Shown here in pieces: positions 57,679-59,004 of a DNA stretch of 59,004 nucleotides (its first letter is position 1; the number at the start of each line of letters is the position of its first letter). Both the position numbers and the translations under genes were made by a program. The DNA is from Rhodobacterales bacterium (lineage in GTDB: Bacteria > Pseudomonadota > Alphaproteobacteria > Rhodobacterales > Rhodobacteraceae). The notes under the pieces were generated by a model that saw nothing but the letters and a program-made list of their open reading frames with translations, was not told the origin of the DNA and did no database searches. Location of the stretch: contig JBGSRQ010000315.1 of the NCBI GenBank assembly GCA_041737515.1, positions 1 through 59,004 on the forward strand, written 5' to 3'.

Positions 57679-58773
57679 CTAGCGCACCACAAACTCGGCA
57701 TGCAGCGCCCCTGCGGCGTTGATGCTTTTCAGAATGTCGATCATGTCATAGGGTGCCACGCCCAGCGCGTTCAGCCCCGCCACGACTTCGGAAAGGTTCG
57801 TGCCCTCGCTCACTTCGGCAAGGCCGGTGCCATCGCCCTTTGTTATGTTGGTCTGGGTGCGTGGCACAACGACCGTTTCCCCATCGGTGAACGGGTTCGG
57901 CTGGCTGACAACAGGCGTTTCCTCGACCCGCAGCGTCAAATTACCCTGTGCCACTGCAACTTGCGAAATGCGCACGTCCGCTCCCATGACGATCGTGCCC
58001 GAGCGTTGATCGACCACCACCCGTGCCCGGGTTTCAGGCTCGACCAGCAGATTTTCCAGCCGCCCGATCACATGGGCGGGCGATGACATATAAGCTGCAT
58101 TCAGATCAAGCGCCACCGTGCCCGAATCAAGCATTACAGCGATCGGGTTGCCGAATTCGCGGTTGATCGTCTGCTCGATGCGCCCGGCAGTCGTGAAATC
58201 GGGGCTGCGCAGAGCTAGCCGAAGCGAGTCGAGCGCGGTGAAATCAAACGCGATCTCGCGCTCCACCCGCGCGCCCGCCGGGATTGTGCCTGAAGTCGGA
58301 ACCCCCTGCACGACACGCGATCCCTCGCCTTCGGCTGACACTCCGCCCGCAATGATCGTGCCTTGGGCTACGGCATAAATCTCGCCATCCGCGCCGTTCA
58401 ATGGCGTCAGAACCAGCGTACCGCCAAGCAGGCTTTTCGCATCGCCGATGGCAGACACCGTCACATCAATCTGCCCGCCTGCGCGCGCAAAGGGGGGCAG
58501 GCTGGCCGTCACAAAAACGGCTGCCACGTTCTTGGGCCGGAACTGCTCACCCGAGACATTCACACCCAGCCGCTCCAGCAGGTTGGTCATGATTTCTTCG
58601 GTGAAGGGCGCGTTGCGCAACCCGTCGCCGGTGCCGTTCAGGCCGACAACCAGGCCATAGCCGACCAGATCGTTGCTGCGCACCCCGTCGAACTCGACCA
58701 GATCCTTTATGCGGATCGGCCCTGCCTGAGCAGGGAACGCGAACATTGCGGCAATCAATGCGATTCGTATCAT
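57679..58773 (-). CDS. flgI: flagellar P-ring protein FlgI
   Basis: Signal peptide, then IRIKDLVEFDGVRSNDLVGYGLVVGLNGTGD. ATG 58773; alternative TTG at 58776. Confidence 0.95.
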   Translation of the reverse strand: MIRIALIAAMFAFPAQAGPIRIKDLVEFDGVRSNDLVGYGLVVGLNGTGDGLRNAPFTEEIMTNLLERLGVNVSGEQFRPKNVAAVFVTASLPPFARAGGQIDVTVSAIGDAKSLLGGTLVLTPLNGADGEIYAVAQGTIIAGGVSAEGEGSRVVQGVPTSGTIPAGARVEREIAFDFTALDSLRLALRSPDFTTAGRIEQTINREFGNPIAVMLDSGTVALDLNAAYMSSPAHVIGRLENLLVEPETRARVVVDQRSGTIVMGADVRISQVAVAQGNLTLRVEETPVVSQPNPFTDGETVVVPRTQTNITKGDGTGLAEVSEGTNLSEVVAGLNALGVAPYDMIDILKSINAAGALHAEFVVR

Positions 58774-59004
58774 CAAAGGTAATCCGCTAGGTTCAGGCGC
58801 GACAGCCGCGCGGTCAGTGTATAAAGCGTCTCGATCCGCGTCTGGGTTTCCTGCAGCCGGGTTGCAGCCTCGTAAGGGTCCACGGCCAGAAGGTCGGTCC
58901 GGGCAATCTGCAGCGCAGAGGCTTCAGATGCATTGCGGGTCTTTGCAGCCGCAATCTGGCCTTCGGTAATACCAAGGCGTGCGGCAAGATAGGTCTGATT
59001 GTCC
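58773..59004 (-). CDS. flgL: flagellar hook-associated protein FlgL, C-terminal fragment (5' end beyond the window)
   Basis: Open frame to the window edge ending ...EAATRLQETQTRIETLYTLTARLSRLNLADYL, a flagellin/FlgL-type C-terminal helix. Stop overlaps the flgI ATG by 1 nt. Confidence 0.7.
   Translation of the reverse strand, partial: DNQTYLAARLGITEGQIAAAKTRNASEASALQIARTDLLAVDPYEAATRLQETQTRIETLYTLTARLSRLNLADYL

Overview
GC-rich alphaproteobacterial chromosome segment; gene content and order look Rhodobacteraceae-like. It has two parts.

(1) Bases 1 to ~32.3 kb are core housekeeping genes. They include the replication cluster dnaA-dnaN-recF-(LysE exporter)-gyrB with rpsT upstream of dnaA. Also present: a complete serine pathway locus (serA-serC divergent from serB), thiolase, dapF-mtaB, mutM, ubiE-ubiB, two tRNAs (Lys-UUU, Arg-CCU), a LacI regulator, a TPP enzyme and a five-gene peptide-type ABC transporter.

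(2) From ~32.3 kb to the window end is a ~27 kb alpha-type flagellar cluster, resembling the CtrA-dependent Fla2-type clusters of Rhodobacterales. Gene order: flgD-fliK; flgJ-like plus a small ORF; flagellin; flaF-flbT-DUF1217; fliI; flgBC-fliE-fliQ-flgFGAH-fliL. A near gap-free minus-strand block follows: fliL2, TM protein, motE-like, motA, 733-aa secreted protein, SLT transglycosylase, flhA, fliR, flhB, small coiled-coil ORF. The cluster ends with fliF-fliH-fliN-fliP and flgI-flgL (partial).

No CRISPR array, transposase, integrase, prophage or recognisable defence genes were seen.

The best candidates for undescribed biology are the uncharacterised genes wired into the stator/export operon by overlapping stop/start codons:
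- the 733-aa secreted protein coupled to motA, with no motB in the window;
- the membrane coiled-coil plus MotE-like pair;
- a FliL paralogue with five HGE repeats;
- a FliJ-sized ORF after flhB.

Also worth a second look are the structured ~430-bp non-coding region upstream of dnaA and the CtrA-box-like motifs in the divergent flagellar promoters.

All functional calls come from reading the translated ORFs for family motifs. No database search was possible, so family assignments for divergent proteins are inference. Many long ORFs in the track are antisense artefacts of high GC content and were rejected.
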